The notes under the pieces were generated by a model. That model saw only the letters and a list, made by a program, of their open reading frames with translations. It had not been told where the DNA came from and searched no databases. Source: a virus. Taken from it: a DNA stretch of 64,000 bases. The DNA lies in the IMG/VR virus record IMGVR_UViG_3300009488_000018, positions 60,328 to 124,327 of that record; one strand, 5' to 3'. Below are positions 36,628-46,930 of the stretch, piece by piece (the stretch's first letter is position 1; the number at the start of each line of letters is the position of its first letter). A program made the position numbers and the translations under genes.

Positions 36628-37170
36628 ATGTTTATATTCTTTATAGGCCTCGTTTCTGGTTTAACTTCTTTATTCTTTCTCATGCTATATAAGTACAGTG
36701 ACCCAGAGCTTAGGAGTACGGATTCAATAGTTGCATCTAAAGTCTTTCTTATAATTTTCTTGCTTGTTTCTTTTGCTTCTATTTTTGCGACAGTCGATTA
36801 CTACGTAAGTCAAAGAAAAGATTTCGAAGAACTTAAGAAAGTAGAAAATGTAGAAATAATATACAAAAAGAAAGCTGTAGTACTCACTGAGTCTTTCACT
36901 GCTCACCTCTCAGGAGCATACCCCGACTTCGAAAAAGGAATATTTGAAGAAATTAAACCAAACAATGTTTCTGTTTACTTAGTAAAGTATCCAGAACTCA
37001 AATCTTCACAAACTCTTATGTTATTGGTCGAAAAAATTAACAAACTACAGGACGACAGATACGACCAACAAATTAATAAGGAGAAAATCCTAAAAAGACT
37101 AAGATTTCGTACAAAAAATATATGGTTCTGGACTTATTTCATTCCAAACATAAATGAACTACAAAAATGA
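36628..37170 (+). CDS. membrane protein
   Basis: Two N-terminal TM segments; YPELKS motif. Confidence 0.65.
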   Translation: MFIFFIGLVSGLTSLFFLMLYKYSDPELRSTDSIVASKVFLIIFLLVSFASIFATVDYYVSQRKDFEELKKVENVEIIYKKKAVVLTESFTAHLSGAYPDFEKGIFEEIKPNNVSVYLVKYPELKSSQTLMLLVEKINKLQDDRYDQQINKEKILKRLRFRTKNIWFWTYFIPNINELQK

Positions 37171-37179
37171 GGAGGTTAC

Positions 37180-37938
37180 ATGACACAGAACTCAGAAAAC
37201 ATGCAAGTAATTAATATTCCTGGACAGGGAGGTTTTCACTTTTCAGCTGTTCGACCAGAACACTTAGGTGCGTCGGAATATACTTTAGTAAGTATAGTTG
37301 TTGACGTCACTGGTTCAGTAGCACCTTTTGCTGACGAACTTCTAAAAACAGTCAAGGCAATTATAGAGGCTTGTAAGAAAAGTCCTCGATCTGAAAACCT
37401 ACTAATTAGATTAGTGACTTTTTATACCCAGGTTGATGAGATTCATGGATTCAAGCTCCTTTCAGAAATTGATCCAAATAGTTATCAACCCTTCGATCCA
37501 GATGGAATGACTGCTCTTTACGATGCAACTTATTCGTCAATTGCTGCATCATTGTCATACGGGAAAACTTTAGTTGACCAGGACTTTGCTACAAACGCCG
37601 CAGTTTACGTCATAACTGATGGGCGAGACAATCAGTCACTAATGAAACCACACCATGTTGCAGACAAAATGAGACAAGCAAAAATGGGTGAAGAAGTTGA
37701 GTCACTAATCTCTATTCTGGTTGGACTGAAAGACCCCGCTCTTGGACAATTAGAATATGACAAAACAACAAAGGCACTAACTACATTTCAAGTAGAAGGT
37801 GAGTTAACTCAGTTTGTAGACGTTGGAGATGCTACTCCTCAACGACTAGCTAAACTAGCTAACTTTGTTAGTCAAAGTATTAGTAGTCAGAGTCAGTCAC
37901 TTAAACAGGGTGCGCCAAGTCAACCATTAACTTTTTAA
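37180..37938 (+). CDS. vWA domain protein (TerY-like)
   Basis: MIDAS-like DVTGS, GMTALYDA, ITDG.DN. Confidence 0.85.
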   Translation: MTQNSENMQVINIPGQGGFHFSAVRPEHLGASEYTLVSIVVDVTGSVAPFADELLKTVKAIIEACKKSPRSENLLIRLVTFYTQVDEIHGFKLLSEIDPNSYQPFDPDGMTALYDATYSSIAASLSYGKTLVDQDFATNAAVYVITDGRDNQSLMKPHHVADKMRQAKMGEEVESLISILVGLKDPALGQLEYDKTTKALTTFQVEGELTQFVDVGDATPQRLAKLANFVSQSISSQSQSLKQGAPSQPLTF

Positions 37939-38112
37939 AACCAAACATTCTATTTGTTTTCCACCCCGATAGGATGTTTAGGTTAGTAGACATTGGGAAG
38001 GTGGATTTTACAATAGGTTTTGTTGTTTTCCTGCTGTAATAAAAGCCACCTCCAGCCTTCCCAATGTCTCAAACTTTAAAACTCTAAGAAAGGAAAGAAA
38101 GGAAAGAAAAGG

Positions 38113-39234
38113 ATGACAAAACCAAAACACATATCGAACAAACTGTCAAACATATTAGAACACCCGGCAGTAATAAATATTCTTGACAGATCAACTGAAA
38201 TAGAAGAAGCTACCCAGTGGGTACAAGATCTATGGGATTATGATTTATACTCACGAAGACCAGGTCCCGCTTACGCTGATGGTGTCTTTACTGGAACTGA
38301 TTTAGACTTAGCTGCTTTTCTATATGCTCTAGTCGACAGAAACGCAGTCATAAATCTTCCCACTTACCGGTCAATGAGACAAACAAAGTTCAAAACAGGA
38401 CAACGTTTAGTTTCTAACGCAAACCGACATGGTCAAGTCTTAGGGGTTACAGCAAACAAAGAAACATTCATATTCTCCGTTAGAATCAAGGATATGAACG
38501 TTATGAAAACAGATGAAGTAGGAGACTTTCGAAACTTCTCTCTTACTAAGTTTAATGGTGAATGGTATTCCGGTTGGAATAAAATCGAGTTTCTTCCAAC
38601 TGCTACAGAAAACAACTTTATTACAGAGAACAGACTATGGTCTGGGAACACCGTTTACTTCACAAACTTCGTACATCCTAATCGATGGACTAGTTTCTTT
38701 GGAGAACCATATTTCATAACAAAACTCCTTATCGACCGACTTACTGAAGAGGCTAAACACTATTTTGAAGAAGTTAAAATAATGTTAGAAGTTGGCATTG
38801 AATTTCCACCCAGTGACAAAGAGAAAGAACATACATACACTGACGAAAGTGTTGATACAGGAAAACAAGTCAAAGTCAGAGCTTTCGAAGTAGAAATTGA
38901 TATGCCAGAAAATAAAACAAAGTTTCGAAAACATAGAAGTACTCAACAGAATTTAGTTAAGTTATATAAACTCGGTAATCGATACAGATACTCAATCATT
39001 CCTAAATTAAGATTTATGACCAGGGCTACCGAACTCGCCCACCATAGGAGACCAGATTTATTTCCTTTCTGGATAAAAGATACTAAATGGGAAAGTGGAT
39101 TTAAATTAAAGGGGAAAAGGAAAGTCTGGGATCGTCTTGTATTATTTCAACCTGAACCCTTCCAACAAGGGGTTTCTATCAGGAAAAGAGAATTCGAAAA
39201 ATCAGAACGAGTTACTGAGACGTTCTTAGAATAA
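38113..39234 (+). CDS. hypothetical phage protein
   Basis: 373 aa ORF. Confidence 0.75.
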   Translation: MTKPKHISNKLSNILEHPAVINILDRSTEIEEATQWVQDLWDYDLYSRRPGPAYADGVFTGTDLDLAAFLYALVDRNAVINLPTYRSMRQTKFKTGQRLVSNANRHGQVLGVTANKETFIFSVRIKDMNVMKTDEVGDFRNFSLTKFNGEWYSGWNKIEFLPTATENNFITENRLWSGNTVYFTNFVHPNRWTSFFGEPYFITKLLIDRLTEEAKHYFEEVKIMLEVGIEFPPSDKEKEHTYTDESVDTGKQVKVRAFEVEIDMPENKTKFRKHRSTQQNLVKLYKLGNRYRYSIIPKLRFMTRATELAHHRRPDLFPFWIKDTKWESGFKLKGKRKVWDRLVLFQPEPFQQGVSIRKREFEKSERVTETFLE

Positions 39235-39256
39235 TGTTAAATTAAAGGAAAAAATT

Positions 39257-39589
39257 ATGGGATATTACATCAATCCGTTCACAAATATAAGTAAAGAAGA
39301 ATGGCTTGACAAATATGCAGAACAAGTTTCTCGCAACGAAATGGTTTGGGAAAAAATTCCAGAAGGTCACTTGCCAATAATTCTCGTCAACAATCCAGGA
39401 TTTACCGCAGCAGGAATAGCTTACAGTGAACAAGAACTTAAGACATTTCTAGAACCTGACGGAAGAGAAAGAAAATATTTTGTTGCTAAAATTTCAGATA
39501 TAAGTAACGCCTCTTCTGGAGAATTTCTAGCTCTTTGTAAAAAGAAAGGATGGATAAAAACAAAGGGTTTTCCCAAGAAAAAAACATAA
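39257..39589 (+). CDS. hypothetical phage protein
   Basis: VNNPGFTAAGIAYS motif. Confidence 0.65.
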   Translation: MGYYINPFTNISKEEWLDKYAEQVSRNEMVWEKIPEGHLPIILVNNPGFTAAGIAYSEQELKTFLEPDGRERKYFVAKISDISNASSGEFLALCKKKGWIKTKGFPKKKT

Positions 39590-39845
39590 AGAGAACTTTC
39601 AAACTAGTCTTTACCTAACTTATAGTTTCTTAAGTTAGGTAAAGACATATTCATGTTATTATTAACTTACTCCAAACATACACCTTCTCAACCAATTAGG
39701 AGGATAAAAATGTTATGTCCACATTGTAAGAATAAACTAATTGCCGAAGGAAATAAATATCGAGTTGTTAAAAGGTGTATAGATAAATGTTGTAGATATC
39801 AATTTACTTACACAACTAAACCTTATACTCCAAAAGGAGATATCT

Positions 39846-40160
39846 ATGAAGGAAGTAAATGGACGAGTTTATCCGTTATGGAGCCAATTCGAAGACAGAA
39901 AAGAAGAATGGATAGGAGGAATACTCGAGGACTTCGGGGACAGTTTCGACAACCAACTGGGTTTTAAAGGTGCTTTAACTGAAATTACAGATATTACTCT
40001 TGAACCAAATGGAAAAGAGTCAGCATTTTTCTCCGTAGAAGGTAAAGACTTTTCTTGCGGATTTGACGCTCAAGTTGGCGGTGTAATTGGCGGCGAAGAA
40101 GGTTGGATCACATTAAGTGGTTATGGAGGTCATACATGGAGAATCAAACAGAAGGAGTAA
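39846..40160 (+). CDS. hypothetical phage protein
   Basis: AAGGAG RBS. Confidence 0.65.
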   Translation: MKEVNGRVYPLWSQFEDRKEEWIGGILEDFGDSFDNQLGFKGALTEITDITLEPNGKESAFFSVEGKDFSCGFDAQVGGVIGGEEGWITLSGYGGHTWRIKQKE

Positions 40161-40417
40161 AGTTACGAGTATGGTGGATCCCACAAGTTCCTGGAACACC
40201 ATTCCATGTAGAAGTAAAAGATATTGAACAAGCAATCTTTCTTATGAGAGTTTTAGCAGACTACGATAAGTTTCAATTTGAAAACAATATTAAACCTGAT
40301 TATTCTAACGCAGGAGGTCTTGAAATATTTAATGAAGAAGACCAAGAATGGGAAGATTGGTATGATAACGATGGAGAAGACATAGATCAATATTGTTATA
40401 GAGGGAAAAAATTATGA
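40136..40417 (+). CDS. P22 gp17-like superinfection-exclusion-related protein
   Basis: LRVWWIPQVP..F...LADYD.FQ..N.IKPDY.NAGGL; GGAGG RBS. Confidence 0.75.
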   Translation: MENQTEGVKLRVWWIPQVPGTPFHVEVKDIEQAIFLMRVLADYDKFQFENNIKPDYSNAGGLEIFNEEDQEWEDWYDNDGEDIDQYCYRGKKL

Positions 40418-41244
40418 TTAACATTGATACATTTACAGAAATTGGCAAAATACACAAAATTTGTGAGGATTATATCATTTCTGGATTCGACCCAGTTCCT
40501 TACATAATTCTGTCAGACGGATGTTCAAGTTCAAAACATACTGACACTGGCGCTAGAATTTTAGCTCATCTAGCAAAAAAATATCTTAAAGACGAAGCTA
40601 ATATAATGGGGTTAGAAAGTTTAGTAGACATAGACTATAAAGAAATGGGAACTTCCATTATTTCTCAGGCTTTGCTACTTGCTGAGTACTTGGACCTCAA
40701 CTTGTCTAACTTAGATGCAACCTTAATAGTTTCTTTCTTTATCAACAATTCTATTAGAATTTATGTTTATGGAGACGGTTTTATAATCTGGATAGACAAA
40801 AACGGAAACGTAAGATATATCGAAATATCTTTTAGTAGTAATGCACCCTTCTACTTAACATACTTAGTTGATAAAGAAAAAAACTCAATATATAAAGAAG
40901 CAAATTTACATAGGATTGAAAGATTTTCAAGCTCACCAAATTTACCAAATAACCTCGAGTCAGTTATAGAAACTCCATATGATCAAGAAACTCTTCGCAT
41001 ATTCAATACTAACAAATTTCCAACAATTCTAATTGCGTCTGATGGAATTTCTTCATTCATACATAAAGACAACGATATAACAGTAACAACTAACTCAATA
41101 GTAACAGAGTTTACAAGATTTAAAACCATGAAAGGAGAATTTATAACAAGAAGAAGTAAGAAAGCTATTCAAGATATAAAAACAAATGATATATTCCACT
41201 TAGATGATATAACTATTGGAGGATATCATTTAGAGGAGGAATAA
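40414..41244 (+). CDS. PP2C-family protein phosphatase
   Basis: CED, SDGCSS, GDG, SDG, DD motifs. Confidence 0.85.
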   Translation: MINIDTFTEIGKIHKICEDYIISGFDPVPYIILSDGCSSSKHTDTGARILAHLAKKYLKDEANIMGLESLVDIDYKEMGTSIISQALLLAEYLDLNLSNLDATLIVSFFINNSIRIYVYGDGFIIWIDKNGNVRYIEISFSSNAPFYLTYLVDKEKNSIYKEANLHRIERFSSSPNLPNNLESVIETPYDQETLRIFNTNKFPTILIASDGISSFIHKDNDITVTTNSIVTEFTRFKTMKGEFITRRSKKAIQDIKTNDIFHLDDITIGGYHLEEE

Positions 41245-41246
41245 AT

Positions 41247-41453
41247 ATGAAAACAGAAGAACTAATTACCAAAATTGAAGCAACAAAAGAAGTAATTACC
41301 GAAGAACATAACAAATGGAGAGAATTATATGAATCCAGACCTTTGGATCCAAAAGATAATAATTTTCTTGGTTATGGAATTGAGGGGTTAGAAGATAGTT
41401 TTATTGAGATTGAGAATGCTATAGATTATTTTCTATTTTCGATAAAAGGATAA
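41247..41453 (+). CDS. hypothetical protein
   Basis: GAGGAGG RBS. Confidence 0.55.
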   Translation: MKTEELITKIEATKEVITEEHNKWRELYESRPLDPKDNNFLGYGIEGLEDSFIEIENAIDYFLFSIKG

Positions 41454-41497
41454 AAGCTATCCAAGATATAAATATTCCGTTCAGAGGAGGAGTAAAT

Positions 41498-41704
41498 ATG
41501 AAAATAAGAATAAAAAATCTAATTATTAGCATAATTATTGGAATCGCATTCGTTATGTGTTCCTTCTTTCTACAAAATGTATATTACAAAATCTCCTTAA
41601 AACATGAAATCAAGGAAGAAATAAGAAACGAACTTCCAAAAATCCAACAAGAGCGGATGGAAAAGCTTCGTAAACAGCTTAAATACAACCAAAGAAAATG
41701 TTAG
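41498..41704 (+). CDS. small membrane-anchored protein
   Basis: N-terminal TM segment. Confidence 0.55.
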   Translation: MKIRIKNLIISIIIGIAFVMCSFFLQNVYYKISLKHEIKEEIRNELPKIQQERMEKLRKQLKYNQRKC

Positions 41705-41713
41705 AGGTTTATC

Positions 41714-43426
41714 ATGAACTATCATATTAGAGGCAAAGGAACAGTTACTTTAACACAAAATGATTTTATTGCCAAAGGAGGAGAAGGTTCCGTCTACGGA
41801 AAAGGAAAAATTATATATAAAGTTTATCATTCCAAACAAAAGATGATTCCTCCAGGTAAAATTAACGAGTTACAAGTACTAACAGAAGCAAACATCTTAA
41901 ACCCAATTGATATATTACTAGACAAAAACAATACACCCATTGGATTTACTATGGACTGGATCAAAAATGTAGAGGCTTTGCCAAAACTATTCTCAACTGA
42001 CTTTCGGAAACGAACAAATATCGATAATAAATCAACTGTCGAACTAATTGAGAACTTGAAAAAAACCACACAGTTGATACATAACGCAAACTGTTTAATA
42101 GTCGATGGAAATGAATTTAACTACTTAGTTGATACATATAAATTTGTTGTACCATATTTCATCGACGTCGACTCATATCAAACACCCCATTTTCCCGCTA
42201 CTGCCATCATGATGTCAATTCGTGACTGGCATACAAAAGGTTTCTCAGAACTAAGCGATTGGTTTTCTTTTGCAATTATTGCTTTCCAACTATTTGTAGG
42301 AATCCACCCGTATAAAGGTGGTCACCCAGGATACAAGAAAAACGACTTCGAGAAACGAATGAGAGACAACATATCAGTGCTTAACCCAAAAACATCTACT
42401 CCACCCTCTGTTAGAGACTTCAGCTGTATTCCATCAGAATACTTTTCTTGGTTTACTGATCTATTCGAAAAAGGTAAGAGATACAATCCCCCGTTACTTC
42501 CAGGAACAATCTCAATTCTTCCAATAAAGAAAATAACTATTCAGAGTACTGATAACTTCGAAATAACTTTCGTTAGAGAGTTTAACAACGACATTTTATA
42601 TCATGGAACATGCTATGGAATATCAATAACCAAAACAGAAGGGAAACCAAATTTATTTATTAACAGGACTGGTTATCATGTTTCGCATAAAACAGAAGTT
42701 TTATTTTCCCCTAAAACTCTTACGCCAGTTCTAATTAGAATTGAAAGTGCTAATAGAATAAAGTTCATGTCCTTAAATAAAAGTCAAGAAGTAAAAAACC
42801 TTGACCTCCAATGTACTGACAAAATGATTATTAACAATACATTATTTGTAATAAACGAAGGAAACTTAATCGAAATAAAACTTCAAGAGCTTAACACTAC
42901 TATCTCACCCTTGGTTTATAGTACATGGAACATTATGCCACTATCGAGTAAAATGCTCAGCGGACTAATTTATCAGGATGTTCTAGGAAAACCATATGTT
43001 GTAATTCCAGTTCCAAAAGAAGATAGCGCTTGTTCTTGTATAATTAAACCAATTCCAGAGTTAGAGGGTTATCGAATCATCGACGCAAAACATGACTCAG
43101 GAGTTTGTATCTTTATAGGAAGTAAAGGAAGTGACTACAAAAGGTTCATACTCAGATTCGATAAAAACTATAACACTTACGACTGTAGGATACTTGATAT
43201 AGTAGACTACAATGAAATTAACTTCATCACTTTAGATAATAATGTTGTCGTTTCAATAATAGAAGACAAAGTTCTTGAAATATTTTCCAGAGATCCAAAA
43301 TCAAAAACAATCAAAGAAATCAGGGACCCAGATATAAACCCTTTAATGAAATTATGTAAAGACGGAATAAGAACTATGTTCTTTAGACAAAACAAACTAT
43401 ACGCTATCAGATTAAAAAACAATTGA
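41714..43426 (+). CDS. Ser/Thr kinase-like protein (TerY-associated type)
   Basis: GGEG.VY, K, D.N..N, IDVDSYQ, D.FSFA, GIHPYKG. Confidence 0.85.
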   Translation: MNYHIRGKGTVTLTQNDFIAKGGEGSVYGKGKIIYKVYHSKQKMIPPGKINELQVLTEANILNPIDILLDKNNTPIGFTMDWIKNVEALPKLFSTDFRKRTNIDNKSTVELIENLKKTTQLIHNANCLIVDGNEFNYLVDTYKFVVPYFIDVDSYQTPHFPATAIMMSIRDWHTKGFSELSDWFSFAIIAFQLFVGIHPYKGGHPGYKKNDFEKRMRDNISVLNPKTSTPPSVRDFSCIPSEYFSWFTDLFEKGKRYNPPLLPGTISILPIKKITIQSTDNFEITFVREFNNDILYHGTCYGISITKTEGKPNLFINRTGYHVSHKTEVLFSPKTLTPVLIRIESANRIKFMSLNKSQEVKNLDLQCTDKMIINNTLFVINEGNLIEIKLQELNTTISPLVYSTWNIMPLSSKMLSGLIYQDVLGKPYVVIPVPKEDSACSCIIKPIPELEGYRIIDAKHDSGVCIFIGSKGSDYKRFILRFDKNYNTYDCRILDIVDYNEINFITLDNNVVVSIIEDKVLEIFSRDPKSKTIKEIRDPDINPLMKLCKDGIRTMFFRQNKLYAIRLKNN

Positions 43427-43506
43427 TTTATAATGTCTACTCACTTGTCTCTTTATAGGATTGGGATTTTTGACTCTTCCTTCCTGTTCTGTTAGAGACA
43501 AGTGAG

Positions 43507-44571
43507 TTATTTTTTTGTAAAATTTTCATATAATATCTTAACAATCCTTTCTGAAGCTCGTCCATCGAACCATTGACCACCATTTATAAGTGCCCATTTC
43601 TGATTACCAGAAATTACTTTAAAAGTTTCTTCAATAATCTTATCTTTATTACGACCAACAAGGAGGTTAGTTCCTTTTTCAACAGTATATGGTCGTTCTG
43701 TATTTTCCCTTAATGTAATACAAGGAACATTTAACGCCGTTGTTTCTACTTGCATTCCTCCCGAATCAGTAACGACTGCTTTAGATTTTATCATAAATGC
43801 TAAGAAATCTAAGTATCTCATTGGTTCTACTATTTGAACTTCTCGTATATACTTACCCAGTTCAAAACTTCTAATCATTTTCTCTGTTCTTGGATGAATA
43901 GGAAAAATAACTTTAATCTTCTTTGACAACTCACTAGTTGCTTGTAAAATTGGCTTTAGATTTTCTTTTACATCTACATTAGAAGGTCTGTGTAAAGTTA
44001 GTAGTATATAAGGTCCCTCTGGAGTCTGGATATTTCGAGTTAGAGGCAAATTATATTGTAAATTGTCAATCATTATATCACCAACATGGAATATCTTTGT
44101 TCTATCTACACCTTCTTTTAACAAATTATCAATATCATACTGTGTAGCTACAAACAGAAAATCTGACAAGACGTCAGTAACTATTCGATTAATCTCTTCT
44201 GGCATAGTCCGGTCAAACGAACGCATTCCAGCTTCAACATGTGCTAACTTATAACCAGCTTTTGAAGCTGCTATCGCAGTATACATTGTTGAGTCAACGT
44301 CTCCAAATACAACTACAACATCTGGTTTCTTTGACATAAATACATTACTTACTAAATCAATAATTGTAGTTTTAGTTGATTTGACTCCTAAATTCACATC
44401 CGGTTCTGGTATCTCCAAATCTTCAAAAAAGACATCAGACATATTAGTACTATAATGTTGACCAGTATGTACCAACGTATATTCTATATCAGGATATTTT
44501 TTTATCTCTCGAATTACGGGCGCTACTTTCATAAGATTAGGTCTCGCACCTACAACTAAACATATTTTCAT
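43507..44571 (-). CDS. wecB: UDP-N-acetylglucosamine 2-epimerase
   Basis: GARPN, HTGQHY, HVEAG.RS, PEE.NR, TDSGG.Q.E, R..TERP. Confidence 0.93.
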   Translation of the reverse strand: MKICLVVGARPNLMKVAPVIREIKKYPDIEYTLVHTGQHYSTNMSDVFFEDLEIPEPDVNLGVKSTKTTIIDLVSNVFMSKKPDVVVVFGDVDSTMYTAIAASKAGYKLAHVEAGMRSFDRTMPEEINRIVTDVLSDFLFVATQYDIDNLLKEGVDRTKIFHVGDIMIDNLQYNLPLTRNIQTPEGPYILLTLHRPSNVDVKENLKPILQATSELSKKIKVIFPIHPRTEKMIRSFELGKYIREVQIVEPMRYLDFLAFMIKSKAVVTDSGGMQVETTALNVPCITLRENTERPYTVEKGTNLLVGRNKDKIIEETFKVISGNQKWALINGGQWFDGRASERIVKILYENFTKK

Positions 44572-44653
44572 TATACCTCCTTCAAGTTTACAAAAAAAAT
44601 AATTCTCGAAAAAAGAAGTTCATAAGAACTCCTTTTCTTCTACTTTGGATCTC

Positions 44654-44785
44654 CTAACTTATGTTGGCGTACCTGATATCCTTCTTACGAAGGTCCATCT
44701 GATAACTCTTCTCATGACGTTTCAGAAGACTCATCAATTTAAGCCCAACAATACAAATCACTATGATAGTAATTAAAACTTCCAT
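44654..44785 (-). CDS. small membrane peptide (43 aa)
   Basis: GGAGG RBS directly downstream of the minus-strand promoter motif at 44827-44840. Confidence 0.55.
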   Translation of the reverse strand: MEVLITIIVICIVGLKLMSLLKRHEKSYQMDLRKKDIRYANIS

Positions 44786-45034
44786 AATAACCTCCCTACA
44801 ATATTAACAATACTTCCTATCCAGTAATTAATATATATAAGTATACTCATATATAATGATTTTTTTAAACAAAAAAACTTCTTCTAGAACTATACTATGG
44901 GCCTACACCAGAAAGCTTAAAGGGACCGGGGAATATGTCCTCACTAACCGGTGTAAGCCACAAACGATAAACAATACTTACTCCACCAAAAATCGAAGTA
45001 GCGTCTTCAACTAACTTCCTCTCCTTCTTATATA

Positions 45035-45511
45035 TTAATCCCACCAACATCTCACATATTTAACAAGTAAATGAAATAGATATTCTAAATCTTGTTTAGC
45101 CAAATAATCTTCATGTTCATGACATTTAAAATTTTCCTTCCTTTCTAATTCTTTATTTTCTGGAGTGACGTTTGGTCTGTATATATTCAAAATTCTATCT
45201 GGTTTAAAATCCATCTGAATCTCACCCCATTTCTCATCATGTTTTTTAAACGCCATTTCAGAATAATCTTGTTCTAAGATTCGATCTATTAATCGTATAC
45301 ATTTTTTAATATTATCGGCGTCTCTTTCTCCATAAAGACTCCATGCATCTTCTCCTCTAAAGAATTTTTCCATACTTTGTAATTTATGACGAAGTAAAAC
45401 AAATAAGAAATGGTGGTCCCAATTTCTGTCTTTCCATATAATCGGAAACCAGTAAAGCAAATTCATAATACCATTATGAATTGTTCTTAAAAATCTAAAC
45501 GGAAGACGCAT
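45035..45511 (-). CDS. conserved phage hypothetical protein
   Basis: WFPIIWKDRNWD...WWD. Confidence 0.7.
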   Translation of the reverse strand: MRLPFRFLRTIHNGIMNLLYWFPIIWKDRNWDHHFLFVLLRHKLQSMEKFFRGEDAWSLYGERDADNIKKCIRLIDRILEQDYSEMAFKKHDEKWGEIQMDFKPDRILNIYRPNVTPENKELERKENFKCHEHEDYLAKQDLEYLFHLLVKYVRCWWD

Positions 45512-45563
45512 ATTAAAAACCCCTTATTTTGTTGAATGTTCTAGACATTATTTTGTTCATATA

Positions 45564-45770
45564 CTAATAGGAATCTACATAACACACTTGCATAATATAC
45601 TTGTTTGGCTTATATTTCTTTCTAGCTTGTTTCTGTGTTTTTCCACAGAACGGACAGTAGGACTCATTATCTCTTGCATTCTGTAAGATTCCAACAAACT
45701 CACTAAAAATACCACAAAATATACACTGTTCGAAAGTTCCAATTCTAACTCTTTTCATCTTCTTCTCCAT
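45564..45770 (-). CDS. zinc-ribbon protein
   Basis: CIFC...CPFC. Confidence 0.55.
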   Translation of the reverse strand: MEKKMKRVRIGTFEQCIFCGIFSEFVGILQNARDNESYCPFCGKTQKQARKKYKPNKYIMQVCYVDSY

Positions 45771-46484
45771 TTAAAGTTCTGTTAAACTCTTTTTCAAGTA
45801 GTAATCAGCACCCAATGAATCGAGTAAAGAGCGGACGTTCTCTCTGAAGTCTACCCAGTTTACATCCAGATTTTTATAATTCAATTTACCAACTTTCCAA
45901 TGGCCGACTATCGGATACAACTGTAAAATGACCTCTAGTGCCTGGTAGGGATCTATCACAGGCTCAAGACTTACCCATGTCGGTATTCCCCTACTGAATG
46001 CTTCACTTATAGCCTCAACCCTATTCTCAATAGTAGGGGCATTAGGCTCCCAGTCATTAGCATACTGTTGGTTCCAAAAAATCAATGTTGTGCCAAATCG
46101 AGCTTTATCATACCCCCTCAGAAGATCAAAATCTCTTACTGCTCTCGTTCCACCCTTAGTAAGGACAGTAAAAGGTAAATCATGCTCTATCAGAATTTTT
46201 ATTGCCTGTCTTGTCAACCCCAGATTCATTTCTTCATGTTGGTAAACATCACCCGTAAAACTCAATAAAATTTCGGGGCAGTTACTACTTAGCTTACCAG
46301 CATCTTTTCTGAGTTTTTCAATTACATCCTTTTTGGGATTCGCAGCCTCGTGATACTTCTCAGCTGTCCAAGGAATTTTTGCACAATAACAGTATTTACA
46401 ACCATGAGTACAACCTTTGTAAATATTGATGGCTAAATCGGCGTATTCCTTTGCCTTTCCAGTTGGTTTGTAGATGATGTCCAT
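45771..46484 (-). CDS. radical SAM protein (SplB-like family)
   Basis: CTHGCKYC; GD.Y; LTKG; WVSLEP. Confidence 0.85.
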   Translation of the reverse strand: MDIIYKPTGKAKEYADLAINIYKGCTHGCKYCYCAKIPWTAEKYHEAANPKKDVIEKLRKDAGKLSSNCPEILLSFTGDVYQHEEMNLGLTRQAIKILIEHDLPFTVLTKGGTRAVRDFDLLRGYDKARFGTTLIFWNQQYANDWEPNAPTIENRVEAISEAFSRGIPTWVSLEPVIDPYQALEVILQLYPIVGHWKVGKLNYKNLDVNWVDFRENVRSLLDSLGADYYLKKSLTEL

Positions 46485-46495
46485 TTTCCCCTCCT

Positions 46496-46930
46496 TTATT
46501 CCTTATTGTATTTTCTAACTTCCATTAATATTCTCCCTAACCAGTTCTCACCTTTTCCTCTGTATATTCCCCAAAAATCATCTCTCCTATTATTGCCTTC
46601 TTCTAATACTTCATCGCCAGTTAAGATTAGCTTGTCCATTAAGTACCGGTTTTGTTCAAATTTACATGTAACTACGTGTCTCATAACACCTACTCTAATA
46701 CCTTTCCAACTCGATCGAATCTTTATTTCCCTACCTCTCCTTCTCGCTTTACCCGGAGTCGAAGCTTCCTGAATATACTTTCTATCTTCTTCATTAGTAG
46801 CTTTCATAGCTTGATATGCATGTTCAGCGCTTTTGTAAACTATACCATAAACTTTTACATTACATAAATAAAAGTTTGAAAGGAATCGATATCTTCCTTG
46901 AAATTCTCTTACAGTCATTCTTCCACTCAT
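46496..46930 (-). CDS. NADAR (YbiA-like) hydrolase
   Basis: FLSNFY, EH.YQA.K, KF.QN, D.FWG, GEN.LG.ILM.VR. Confidence 0.9.
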   Translation of the reverse strand: MSGRMTVREFQGRYRFLSNFYLCNVKVYGIVYKSAEHAYQAMKATNEEDRKYIQEASTPGKARRRGREIKIRSSWKGIRVGVMRHVVTCKFEQNRYLMDKLILTGDEVLEEGNNRRDDFWGIYRGKGENWLGRILMEVRKYNKE

